This document shows positions 42,008 to 51,841 of a stretch of DNA of 64,000 nucleotides, in pieces. The stretch is taken from the NCBI GenBank assembly GCA_963749915.1, contig CAVVOP010000008.1, forward strand, positions 384,001-448,000, read 5' to 3'. Below the pieces are notes generated by a model, which did not search any database, had not been told where the DNA came from, and saw nothing but the letters and a program-made list of their open reading frames with translations. The first letter of the stretch is position 1. Every line of letters begins with the position of its first letter. The stretch comes from an uncultured cyanobacterium. Lineage in GTDB: Bacteria > Cyanobacteriota > Cyanobacteriia > Cyanobacteriales > Cyanobacteriaceae. Both the position numbers and the translations under genes were made by a program.

Positions 42008-43609
42008 ATGGTTATTAAGATTCACAATAATAAGCCTATTAATAATAGGTTATCTGTGTTTCTTGTTGGATTATTGAGCTCTGGCTTAACCGTGACATCT
42101 CCAGTTGTCGCAATGGAGACTGATCAGCAGTACGATAATTCAATGTCTCAGATTAACAGCGTCTCTCAACTGCGGGATGTCTCCCCCACAGACTGGGCTT
42201 ACGAAGCACTAAGAAGCTTGGTAGAGCGTTATGGCTGTATAGTTGGTTACCCTGACCTAACCTTCAGAGGAAATCGTGCCTTAAGTCGTTACGAATTTGC
42301 CGCTGGTTTAAACGCTTGTATGCAACAAATGGAGCGCTTGCTTGCCGCTAGTGAAGCAGTGATCCGAGAAGATATTGAAAAACTGCAACGCTTAGCCAAA
42401 GAATTTGAAGCTGAATTAGCCTATCTAGGTACCAGAATTGATAACTTGGAAGGTCGCGTCGCCTTTTTAGAAGATCATCAGTTCTCTACTACAGCTAAAC
42501 TGTCAGGTGACGTCATTATTAATTTGGGCAATGCCTTTGGTGGCGATCGAGCTGTACCTAGTGGTTCCCCACAAACTGACGAGAATATCGATCGACAAAC
42601 TTTTTTAAGTAATCGTGTTCGGCTCAAATTTAACACCAGTTTTACGGGCAAAGACAATTTACATATTCTCCTGCGAGCGAATAATACTCCCGTTTTGGGG
42701 ACATCGAGCACAGGAACGAACATGACCCGATTGGGTTTTGATGGAGGAAGCGACAATGATGTCACCCTTGATGAACTTTGGTATGAAAATCAAATCACCG
42801 AAAAATTTTGGTTCCTCATCGGAACTAGTGATGTGGATCTAGACGACGGAATTTTCTATTCTGGTCCTTCATTTCTAGAACCCAGTGCCACTGGGGCTGT
42901 TTCACGATTTCACCGTCGTAACCCTTTAACGAACAGACAACTAGGTAGTGCGGGAGCGGCTGTTAAATACAAGGTTAGCGATTTGCTTACCCTCAACTCT
43001 TTCTATCTCTCGGGGAATGGTCCGAGTCCCTTAGCGGGAAAAGGCTTATTTAACGGCTCTTTTGATACAGGGCTTCAACTAGATTTTACCCCTACCGATC
43101 GACTTGATATTGCCGTGAGCTATCTCTATAGCTATTACAATAGCGATCAAGTCAACTTAACCAATAGCACTGGTAGTAGCATCGCTAGTCAACCCTTTGG
43201 GGAGGTTGCCACTGCTAGTCACAATCTAGGAGCCACAGTCAACTGGCGTGCGAATGATTTAATCAACCTAACTGCCTGGGGAGCCTGGGGTAATGCTACG
43301 GCTTTAGGAGGCGATCGTCGTAATGATAATGCCACCCTTTGGACTTGGCAAGCAACTCTAGGATTTATCGATGTCGGCAAAGAAGGAGCAGTGGCTATCT
43401 TAGGAGTCGGTAGTCCTCCCTATGCCCCAACGGTAGATGGGGGTCAGGCTGACTTGGATACGCCGGTTTCCATTCTGGCTCAGTACAATTACCCCTTAAA
43501 CGATAACATCCAGCTTTCTCCAGCTGTATACGTGACCGTTAATCCTGAGTCGAATTCAGCCAATGATCCGATTACTGTTGGTGTAATTCGTACTACTTTT
43601 AAATTTTAG
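42008..43609 (+). CDS. SLH-domain OprB-type cyanobacterial porin
   Basis: SVSQLRDVSPTDWAYEALRSLVERYGCIVGYPD, FSTTAKLSG, C-terminal RTTFKF; ATG 42008 preferred to 41768. Confidence 0.93.
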   Translation: MVIKIHNNKPINNRLSVFLVGLLSSGLTVTSPVVAMETDQQYDNSMSQINSVSQLRDVSPTDWAYEALRSLVERYGCIVGYPDLTFRGNRALSRYEFAAGLNACMQQMERLLAASEAVIREDIEKLQRLAKEFEAELAYLGTRIDNLEGRVAFLEDHQFSTTAKLSGDVIINLGNAFGGDRAVPSGSPQTDENIDRQTFLSNRVRLKFNTSFTGKDNLHILLRANNTPVLGTSSTGTNMTRLGFDGGSDNDVTLDELWYENQITEKFWFLIGTSDVDLDDGIFYSGPSFLEPSATGAVSRFHRRNPLTNRQLGSAGAAVKYKVSDLLTLNSFYLSGNGPSPLAGKGLFNGSFDTGLQLDFTPTDRLDIAVSYLYSYYNSDQVNLTNSTGSSIASQPFGEVATASHNLGATVNWRANDLINLTAWGAWGNATALGGDRRNDNATLWTWQATLGFIDVGKEGAVAILGVGSPPYAPTVDGGQADLDTPVSILAQYNYPLNDNIQLSPAVYVTVNPESNSANDPITVGVIRTTFKF

Positions 43610-43634
43610 CACTGAAAAAATTAGGGCTTTTTCT

Positions 43635-45338
43635 ATGATTGAATGGATTGTTTCAACCTTAAAAGATAACCCAGTACTTGGCGTTTATTTAGCCATCGCC
43701 ATCGGTTACTGGATTGGCAGCTTCAAGCTGGGCAGTTTTAGCCTGGGTTCAGTCACTGGCGTCTTGCTGGCTGGCTTACTTGTCGGGCAATTAGGCTTTT
43801 CCGTCGGGGGAGACGTCAAGACAATTTTCTTCTTGATGTTCCTCTTTGCCGTAGGTTATGGCGTCGGACCTCAATTTGTAAGAGGTTTAGCCTCCGACGG
43901 TGTGCCTCAGGCTATTTTTGCCGTTGTCATTTCCTTGCTCTGCTTGGGATCGGTATTTGGCTGTGCTCTACTAGCTGGTTTTACTGGAGATCAGCTTGGT
44001 TTTGGAGCTGGGTTGCTTTCTGGCTCCCAGACTATTTCTGCGTCCATCGGCTTGGCCACCGATGCCATTAACGGCCTCGGTCTTTCTGCTGATAAGGCCA
44101 AAGCCCTATTGGATCAAATTCCCGTAGCCTATGCTGTTTGCTACATTTGGGGAACCTTGGGTACAGGAATGATTGTCGCTTACCTAGGACCGATTCTTAT
44201 CGGAGCAAATATCCAAGATGCCTGCAAAGATTACGCAGCGAAGATGGGGGCAAAACCCGACGAAGACTTCCAATCTGCCTGGCACAAATTGGAACTCCGT
44301 GCCTACCAAATAGAAGCAACAGGGCAGGTGGCAGGAAAAACCGTTGCCGAGGCAGAAATGCTCCATGCTAGCGGTGAACGCCTGTTTATCGAGCGCATTC
44401 AACGTGACGATCAGTTTATCGATGCCGAACCGACGACTGTCTTAGAAGCAGGTGATATTGTGGCGGTTTCCGGTGCTACCCAAATCCTCGTCGAGGCTAT
44501 CGAACCTCATGCGACGGAAGTTGCAGCAAGGGATTTACTCAACGTTCCTGTAGAGTCTGTTGATATTGTGGTCACCCGCAAACGTTATAACGGCAAAACT
44601 CTGGAAGAACTTGCCCAGATGGACTTTGCCCGTGGAGTTTATCTCAACAATATTGCTCGTGGTTCGGCGGGGGTAAGTATCCCGATTTTCCCCAAAACGG
44701 CGATCCATCGCGGCGATCTCTTGAAAATTGCCGGTACCCGTCGCCATACTGATCGCTTGGTCAAAGAAATGGGCTACGCCGATCGCCCTTCCCAAACTGC
44801 CGATATGGTGTTTGTAGGGTTAGGTATTTTTGTCGGTGCCTTATTCGGTGCCATTACAGTGCCTATTTCGGGAGTACCAATTACCCTTTCCACCTCTGGA
44901 GGAGCATTAATTGCTGGTCTGATTATTGGCTGGTTACGTTCTGTTCACCCTACCTTTGGACGTATTCCTGGACCAACTCTCTGGTTCATGAACAATGTGG
45001 GACTAAATATGTTTATTGCCGTGGTAGGGATTAATTCGGGTAAAGGATTTGTCTCTGGCTTACAGACAGCAGGTGTGAAGATATTTATCATGGGTATTAT
45101 CGCAACTTCCATCCCGATGTTGCTCGCTCCCCTCATCGGTAAGTATATCTTCAAATTTCACCCAGCCATTAATTTAGGCTGTTGCGGTGGAGCCCGCACC
45201 AGTACCGCCTCAGTGGGGATGGTTGCCGAAGCTGCCAACAGCCAAATTCCCATGTTGGGCTATACTGTTCCCTATGCCGTCAGCAATACTCTGCTGACTC
45301 TCTGGGGATTGGCGATCGTCCTCATGTTACCCAAATAA
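43635..45338 (+). CDS. aspT: Aspartate:alanine antiporter family (AAE) transporter
   Basis: LGSVTGVLLAG, FLFAVGYGVGPQF, central TrkA-C-like region, GARTSTAS, GYTVPYAVSNTLLT. Confidence 0.92.
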   Translation: MIEWIVSTLKDNPVLGVYLAIAIGYWIGSFKLGSFSLGSVTGVLLAGLLVGQLGFSVGGDVKTIFFLMFLFAVGYGVGPQFVRGLASDGVPQAIFAVVISLLCLGSVFGCALLAGFTGDQLGFGAGLLSGSQTISASIGLATDAINGLGLSADKAKALLDQIPVAYAVCYIWGTLGTGMIVAYLGPILIGANIQDACKDYAAKMGAKPDEDFQSAWHKLELRAYQIEATGQVAGKTVAEAEMLHASGERLFIERIQRDDQFIDAEPTTVLEAGDIVAVSGATQILVEAIEPHATEVAARDLLNVPVESVDIVVTRKRYNGKTLEELAQMDFARGVYLNNIARGSAGVSIPIFPKTAIHRGDLLKIAGTRRHTDRLVKEMGYADRPSQTADMVFVGLGIFVGALFGAITVPISGVPITLSTSGGALIAGLIIGWLRSVHPTFGRIPGPTLWFMNNVGLNMFIAVVGINSGKGFVSGLQTAGVKIFIMGIIATSIPMLLAPLIGKYIFKFHPAINLGCCGGARTSTASVGMVAEAANSQIPMLGYTVPYAVSNTLLTLWGLAIVLMLPK

Positions 45339-45478
45339 GATCCTCGGAGATTTTATGTTTGAGAAAATCAGCAACTAACTAGTGCATTCTACATTTTTAA
45401 TTCTGCACTCCACTAGTTTTCCTTTGTCTCGTAATTAATTTTTCACTTGTCACTTTACTATCAAGGAGTATTTAACCC

Positions 45479-46879
45479 ATGCCGCTTTCAGATAAAGATT
45501 CTATCCGCGAATACATCGATGATGATGTTTATGCATCTACTGATTTATCGATCTCGATGCCTAAATACAAGTTTCCAGAAAAAGAGCATTCTCCTCGCAA
45601 CGCTTACCAAGTAGTTCACGATGAATTAATGCTCGATGGCAATGCCCGTCAGAACCTGGCGACATTTTGCCAAACATGGGTCGAGCCAGAAGTCCACAAA
45701 CTGATGGACGAATGCGTCGATAAAAATATGATCGACAAAGACGAGTATCCCCAATCCGCAGAACTAGAAGCACGCTGTGTTCATATGCTCGCCGATTTAT
45801 GGAATTCACCGGATGCCGCCAATACCATGGGTTGCTCCACTACAGGCTCCAGTGAAGCGGCGATGCTTGGTGGGATGGCCATGAAATGGCGTTGGCGAGA
45901 AAAAATGCGTGCCGCTGGTAAGCCCACGGACAAACCCAATATGATCTGTGGCCCGGTGCAAATTTGCTGGCATAAGTTCGCCCGCTACTGGGATATCGAA
46001 CTACGGGAAATTCCTATGGATAAGGATCGTCTACTGATGACCCCTGAGGAAGTAATCAAGCGTTGCGATGAAAATACCATTGGAGTGGTACCCACCCTGG
46101 GTGTTACTTTTACCTGTGGTTATGAGCCAGTTAAAGCCGTAAGCGATGCCTTAGATAAATTACAGGAAGAGAAAGGCTGGGATATTCCGATCCATGTGGA
46201 TGGAGCTAGCGGTGGTTTCTTGGCTCCTTTCTGTGTTCCAGAATTGGAATGGGACTTCCGCCTGCCCCGGGTTAAATCCATCAACACCTCTGGTCATAAG
46301 TTTGGTCTAGCACCTCTGGGTGTGGGCTGGGTGGTATGGCGTGATCAAGAAGATCTACCCGAGGATCTGATTTTTAACGTTAACTATCTAGGTGGTGAAA
46401 TGGCAGTCTTTGCCCTCAATTTTTCTCGACCAGGTGGTCAGATTGTCAGCCAATATTATAATTTCCTTCGCCTAGGCAAAGAAGGCTACCGTAAGATCCA
46501 GACTGCCTGTTACGAGACTGCACAGTATCTTGCCGATGAAATCAGCAAAATGGGACCCTTTGAGATTCTTTATGGTGGCGATATGAAGACTGGAATTCCG
46601 GCCTTGAGTTGGAAAATTAAGGATGGTTACGAAACCCACGGTTACACCCTCTACGACTTGGCCGATCGCTTGCGTAGTCGTGGCTGGCAGGTACCTGCTT
46701 ATTCTTTACCCGCCAACTGTCAGGATATCGTGATCCAGCGTATTTTGGTTCGTCACGGGGTCAGCCGAGATCTGGCATCGTTATTAATTGAGGATACAAA
46801 ACGCTGTCTCGATTACTTCAAAGAACATCCCATCACCAATCCACTGACGGCTGAAGAAGGTACTGGCTATCATCACTAA
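45479..46879 (+). CDS. gadB: Glutamate decarboxylase
   Basis: [38 protein letters not shown] (PLP Lys), C-terminal HH. Confidence 0.96.
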   Translation: MPLSDKDSIREYIDDDVYASTDLSISMPKYKFPEKEHSPRNAYQVVHDELMLDGNARQNLATFCQTWVEPEVHKLMDECVDKNMIDKDEYPQSAELEARCVHMLADLWNSPDAANTMGCSTTGSSEAAMLGGMAMKWRWREKMRAAGKPTDKPNMICGPVQICWHKFARYWDIELREIPMDKDRLLMTPEEVIKRCDENTIGVVPTLGVTFTCGYEPVKAVSDALDKLQEEKGWDIPIHVDGASGGFLAPFCVPELEWDFRLPRVKSINTSGHKFGLAPLGVGWVVWRDQEDLPEDLIFNVNYLGGEMAVFALNFSRPGGQIVSQYYNFLRLGKEGYRKIQTACYETAQYLADEISKMGPFEILYGGDMKTGIPALSWKIKDGYETHGYTLYDLADRLRSRGWQVPAYSLPANCQDIVIQRILVRHGVSRDLASLLIEDTKRCLDYFKEHPITNPLTAEEGTGYHH

Positions 46880-46893
46880 GTCTGAGTTTTTAC

Positions 46894-46928
46894 CGCTCTC
46901 CCTTAAATTGTGGGGGAGCGATTTATTT
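46894..46928 (+). terminator. Probable intrinsic terminator after gadB
   Basis: CGCTCTCCC...GGGGGAGCG stem followed by ATTTATTT. Confidence 0.55.
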
Positions 46929-46958
46929 AATGATTATTGTTGACCATTTTTAGAATTC

Positions 46959-47470
46959 GTGCGGTTCGTTTATCCAAGCTAACGACTATTCTAGTTGGGT
47001 GAGGATAACTAAATCAACTGATTTAGTAACTGTACTTTTGATGTAGGTGAGAGTCCTATCGTGTAAGAGATACACTGACACTCTATCTGGGCAGGGCGAG
47101 TTAGCTCGGAATCTAACAGACCCGATAGTTAGAGGATGGAAAAACTACCATAGATATTGCAAAATGGATAAATACAGTCTCTTTCTCACAGAGAAAAGAA
47201 CTTGGAATGTATTTAACAAAGAAGCTAATAACAATCGGTACACAGTCAACCAATTGATAAAAAAGGCTTTTCCATCTGTTTCTTACAGCACAAATAAGCA
47301 CATCAATGTCAAAGGGAATAAAAGTCCCTACGATAACGGTCATGCGTAGTTTGGAGGGGGGTTGTTGGAAAAGTGCCAATACTGGACTGGTAACTCGCTG
47401 GCTGCCTACCCTACTTCATGTCCAGATCTAACAGAGAGGTGCGGTAGATAATACTACCCATCGACTCTAC
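46959..47470 (+). mobile_element. Degenerate group II intron with maturase fragment and nested second 3' end
   Basis: 5' GTGCG; RGWKNYHRY...FP..HINVKGNKSPYD maturase X fragment; two DV/DVI-like 3' ends (..CCCTAC 47414, ..CTCTAC 47470). Confidence 0.75.
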
Positions 47471-47682
47471 CAAAATTCAAATTTCAAAATTTTTGATTTT
47501 AACTTAATTGAGAATTTTTTAATTGAGGATACGAACCGTTCTTTCTAAGGAGAAAAACAGAAAAATAATTTTTCTTGTTTTAAGTGTCAGACAGAAAGAC
47601 TGAAATAGTTTTGAATTTTTAATTAATAATTTTGAATTGTTTTGACCAGTTATTGAAAGATCCCGTCCGAGGAGTTTGAAAC

Positions 47683-48498
47683 ATGTGTGAATTATTGGGA
47701 ATTTCCAGTTCGGTACCTGTTGCCGTCAAGTATTCGTTGCACGAATTTGCCAAACATGGTGGACAAATCCACCAGAACAAATCTGGTTGGGGCATTGCCT
47801 ATCATGAGGGGAAAGAAGCCGTTCTGCTCAAGGAACCCGCCCCTGCCAGTGATAGTCCTTTGGTACGTTTTATCGAGTCCCATCCCCTTAGCACTAATTG
47901 TGCAATTGCCCATGTACGCTATGCTACGGCTGGTTCTCCTAGTTTTGCCAATACCCATCCTTTTACACGAGAATTGGGCGGCCAGCGTCATATGTTTGCC
48001 CATAATGGTAGCTTAAAGGAGATTTGGCAGGAAATGACCTTGTCAGGGGACAGCTTCCAACCCATTGGGGAAACTGATTCGGAATATGTCTTCTGTCTTT
48101 TGCTCGAGCGGTTGCAACCGCTGTGGCAACAGGAGAAAAAACCGCCCTCATTAGAGGATAGGCTGGAGATAATCTCCCAATTTGCCCAAGAAGTACGAGC
48201 GTACGGTCAAGCCAATTTTCTTTATTCCGATGGAGAAATCCTGTTCGTTCATGCCCATCGTCGGCGTTGGGAGGAAAACGGCGGTGTTAGCGAACCTAGA
48301 CCGCCTGGATTGAGTATCAGAAATCTTGATGTTGGGGAACTATCGACGATGGGGTTACAGATTCAAGGTCTGGAAAAAGATACCGTAATTACCCTTGTCG
48401 CCAGCGTCCCTCTGACTGTCGAAGGATGGACACCACTGCCAGAAGGTTCGGTTATCGCTCTGTGTCAAGGAAAAGAAATCGCTCGTGTCGAACCTTAG
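47683..48498 (+). CDS. Stand-alone class II glutamine amidotransferase (YafJ/EgtC-like)
   Basis: N-terminal MCELL, AHVRYAT, NTHPF, AHNG, GETDSE. Confidence 0.9.
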   Translation: MCELLGISSSVPVAVKYSLHEFAKHGGQIHQNKSGWGIAYHEGKEAVLLKEPAPASDSPLVRFIESHPLSTNCAIAHVRYATAGSPSFANTHPFTRELGGQRHMFAHNGSLKEIWQEMTLSGDSFQPIGETDSEYVFCLLLERLQPLWQQEKKPPSLEDRLEIISQFAQEVRAYGQANFLYSDGEILFVHAHRRRWEENGGVSEPRPPGLSIRNLDVGELSTMGLQIQGLEKDTVITLVASVPLTVEGWTPLPEGSVIALCQGKEIARVEP

Positions 48499-48601
48499 GA
48501 GTAAAAGACTCCTGAACAAAAATCATATAAACCATTAGAAACGAACAACTGCCCAAAAGTGGGCAAAAACCACAATCAAATAAGTAATAGGAGATAGACT
48601 C

Positions 48602-50218
48602 ATGCTCAGAGATCAAGAACGTGCTTATGAAGCCCTCAGTCCCTTTGAAATTAAAAATAAGCTGATCGAGATTGCCCAGGAACAAGTGACTGACCACCAC
48701 GAAAGCCGAAGTACTCACATGATGCTCAATGCAGGGCGTGGTAACCCTAACTGGATTGCGACCACCCCTCGGGAAGCATTTTTCACCTTGGGGCAATTTG
48801 GTATTGCTGAAGCCAAACGAGTTTATGATGCTCCCAATCTCGGTGGTATGCCCCAAAAAGAAGGAATAGCCGATCGCTTTGATGCTTGGGCGGCTAGTCA
48901 TACTGATGCCCCTGGTATTGATTTCCTCAAGGCTTCCATTGACTATGGGGTAAAAACTCTGGGTTTCGATCGCGAAGCATTCATCCACGAACTCACTGAC
49001 AGTGTCATTGGTGATAACTATCCCGTTCCTGATCGCATGTTGATCCATACCGAGCAAGTCGTCCATGCTTACTTAGTACAGGAAATGTGTGGCAAACGCC
49101 CTCCTGAGGGTAAATACGATCTTTTTGCCGTGGAAGGAGGAACAGCAGCGATGTGCTACATTTTCAATACTCTGATGGAAAACAAGCTCATACACAAGGG
49201 AGATACTGTCGCCTTGGGTGCACCGATTTTTACCCCCTACATCGAAATTCCCCATAATCAAGATTACCAATTTAAAACCATCGATCTGATCCCCGATGAG
49301 GAAGATGAGTGGCAGTACCCAGCCTCAGAGTTAGAGAAGCTCAGAGATCCAGCCGTTAAAGCCTTTTTCTTGGTTAACCCTGGTAATCCTGCCTCCTATG
49401 CCATCCGCCCCGAGGCTCTGGAGCGTTTTGCCCAATTCGTGAAAACTGAGCGTCCTGACCTGATTATTATTACCGACGACGTTTACGGCACTTTCGTCAA
49501 TGGGTTTCGCTCCCTGATGGCGGTACTGCCCCAGAACACCATCGGTGTCTATTCCTACTCCAAATATTTCGGTTGCACGGGCTGGCGTTTAGGAGTAGTG
49601 GCTGTGCATGAAGACAATATCTTTGACCAAAAAATTGCCCAACTGCCCGAAAGCGATCGTCAAGCACTAATTAAGCGTTACAGCCGTATTGACCTCGACC
49701 CTGAGAACTTGAAATTTATCGATCGCATGGTTGCCGACAGTCGCCAAGTGGCCCTAAATCATACCGCTGGACTGTCTCTGCCCCAACAGATTCAGATGGT
49801 TTTATTCTCCATGCTATCTTTATTGGATACAGGGGACACCTATCGCCAACAGACCATGGCGATCCTGAAAAAGCGGATTGAAGCTTTATATAAGGGGATG
49901 GGAATTGAGCTTAAGCCCAGTGAGCTTGCTGCCTACTACTACCGTACCCTTGACTTTGAACTGTGGATGTGCAAGCATTATGGGGAGGACTTGGTCAACT
50001 TTGTCAAAACTAATTACGAGCCAGTAGATATCGTTTTTCGCCTAGCCGAACAGTTTTCTACGGTATTACTTAACGGTAGTGGTTTCGATGCGACAGATTG
50101 GTCGGCTCGGGTTTCCCTCGCCAATCTCAGCGACGATGCCTACGAACAAATAGGTAAGGATCTACATGCGATCGCTGCACAATATGTTGAGGAGTGGGAA
50201 GCAGCGAAAAATAAATAA
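48602..50218 (+). CDS. asdA: Aspartate 4-(beta)-decarboxylase
   Basis: LSPFEIK, LNAGRGNPNW, EGGTAAM, TDDVYG, SYSKYFG, LNHTAGLS, RVSLANL. Confidence 0.93.
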   Translation: MLRDQERAYEALSPFEIKNKLIEIAQEQVTDHHESRSTHMMLNAGRGNPNWIATTPREAFFTLGQFGIAEAKRVYDAPNLGGMPQKEGIADRFDAWAASHTDAPGIDFLKASIDYGVKTLGFDREAFIHELTDSVIGDNYPVPDRMLIHTEQVVHAYLVQEMCGKRPPEGKYDLFAVEGGTAAMCYIFNTLMENKLIHKGDTVALGAPIFTPYIEIPHNQDYQFKTIDLIPDEEDEWQYPASELEKLRDPAVKAFFLVNPGNPASYAIRPEALERFAQFVKTERPDLIIITDDVYGTFVNGFRSLMAVLPQNTIGVYSYSKYFGCTGWRLGVVAVHEDNIFDQKIAQLPESDRQALIKRYSRIDLDPENLKFIDRMVADSRQVALNHTAGLSLPQQIQMVLFSMLSLLDTGDTYRQQTMAILKKRIEALYKGMGIELKPSELAAYYYRTLDFELWMCKHYGEDLVNFVKTNYEPVDIVFRLAEQFSTVLLNGSGFDATDWSARVSLANLSDDAYEQIGKDLHAIAAQYVEEWEAAKNK

Positions 50219-50431
50219 AGGTTTACCTCTTCTGGCAGCATAGCTCCCTGCCTTCCAGAAACCATGTGCTTACGTCGGGAGCAGGAGATGCCCTTGTCAG
50301 TAAATCATTATAGTTCCTAAAATTCCCGCTCTGGATGATACGGGAGCCGATGAACAATTGTAGGTTCCTACAATCGTTTTCTAAGCTGATAAATACAACA
50401 TTTTCTCTTTAAAAATTTGGAAATATTCTCT

Positions 50432-51373
50432 ATGTACAATTTACTAAAATGTTTCTTCCGCCGATCGCCATTGAAAAAACTCTCTCTTGCCAGTTTGAGT
50501 ACCCTAATGTTATTGACAATCTCTGAAGCAGCCCAAGCCAATACAGTACTGGAGAATGTTGCCCGCACGGGAAAACTGGTCATTGGTACATCTAGTGATC
50601 TCGTCCCTTACGCTTATTACAACGAAAAGGATGAATTTGTCGGTTACTCGATTGATATTGTTAATCTGATTAAAGCTGAGTTAGAACAAGAACTAAATCG
50701 TGAAGTAGAGCTTGTTTTTGTTGAAACCAATAGTATTGCTGAAGCGATTCCCAAAATGGAGAGTAATGAGATTGATATGGCTTGTAATGCTTCTTTCACC
50801 TGGGCTCGAGACCAGTTTGTTGACTTTACGGCTCGTTATAGTGTAGTCAATATCCGTTTGCTTGTGCCTAAAGACAGTACGATCGCTTCAGGTCAATCCC
50901 TAGCTGGCAAACGAATTGCTGTTCCTCCGGTTGATTTCGCACGTGCTTTACTAGAACTATCAGAACCTGAGGCTATTTTGGTCGATGTTGATTCCTTGAT
51001 GGCGGGGATTGATGCCCTCAAGAGTGGGACAGTAGACGGTTTGATTGGTGATACCATAATCTTGGATGGACTACGCCAACAAATAGATCCTGATCAGTTT
51101 ACTGTTATACCACCTCTTAACCAGCCTGCTTATCGTCGGTATGGATTAGCCTGCATGGTGCCACACAACAACTCCGGATTCCTGTTTATAGCGAACAAGG
51201 CGATTATTCGACTTATGGATGGTTACCTCACCGATAAACCAGAGGCACTTGCTACCGTCAATCGTTGGTTTGGTCCAGATGGTGTGGTACAGGGAATCAC
51301 CACTCAAGATATTGAAAACTACTTTAAAAATAATCTTCTGAACTACGAACAGATTCCCCCCAATGCTCCGTAG
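50432..51373 (+). CDS. grrP: GrrP-type orphan periplasmic substrate-binding-like protein
   Basis: SBP family-3-like features (FVGYSID, FTWARDQFVDF); directly upstream of precursor and rSAM. Confidence 0.82.
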   Translation: MYNLLKCFFRRSPLKKLSLASLSTLMLLTISEAAQANTVLENVARTGKLVIGTSSDLVPYAYYNEKDEFVGYSIDIVNLIKAELEQELNREVELVFVETNSIAEAIPKMESNEIDMACNASFTWARDQFVDFTARYSVVNIRLLVPKDSTIASGQSLAGKRIAVPPVDFARALLELSEPEAILVDVDSLMAGIDALKSGTVDGLIGDTIILDGLRQQIDPDQFTVIPPLNQPAYRRYGLACMVPHNNSGFLFIANKAIIRLMDGYLTDKPEALATVNRWFGPDGVVQGITTQDIENYFKNNLLNYEQIPPNAP

Positions 51374-51466
51374 CTTTTGGAAATCAATCATTATGAGTCA
51401 TGGAGCTATCTATATATCTTTACCTATTGTCAAAATCACAAACATCTCTGAAGACCTATAAAAGTT

Positions 51467-51799
51467 ATGAACCATAATCAAAAAACCTGGATTAGCTTTA
51501 TTGCTATGTTATCGACCTTAACTGTCCCCCAAGTAGCCACTGCTGCTACTCCAGAGAAAAACCCCACTACAGTTTCTAACCTGGAGCAGCGTTTAAGTCG
51601 CATTCAAACCACCTTGAGAACCCGTGAAGATGAGTTATCAGAGGATATGAGCACCTTGGGAGAACTGGAGGCCGAAGAAATTGCCAGAGGATGGTTAAAG
51701 GGGAGACGCAGAAGTTTCCTTAATGGTCGTCGCGGTCGTGGCTTTCTCAATAACCGTCGTCGTTGGCGAGATCGTCGTCGTGGCTTCCTGAATTGGTAA
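51467..51799 (+). CDS. grrA: GrrA/OscA-family cyclophane (triceptide) RiPP precursor
   Basis: Signal-like N-terminus, LEQRLSRI leader motif, core with WLK, FLN x3, WRD. Confidence 0.88.
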   Translation: MNHNQKTWISFIAMLSTLTVPQVATAATPEKNPTTVSNLEQRLSRIQTTLRTREDELSEDMSTLGELEAEEIARGWLKGRRRSFLNGRRGRGFLNNRRRWRDRRRGFLNW

Positions 51800-51841
51800 T
51801 ACTATACCGGCAAAAATATCTGAAAGAAGTAAACTAGTACC

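Noticed and set aside
48452..49066. 204-aa antisense ORF and other shadow ORFs within infB, glcD, aspT and nadC
   Set aside because: Opposite or overlapping well-supported genes and lacking recognisable motifs
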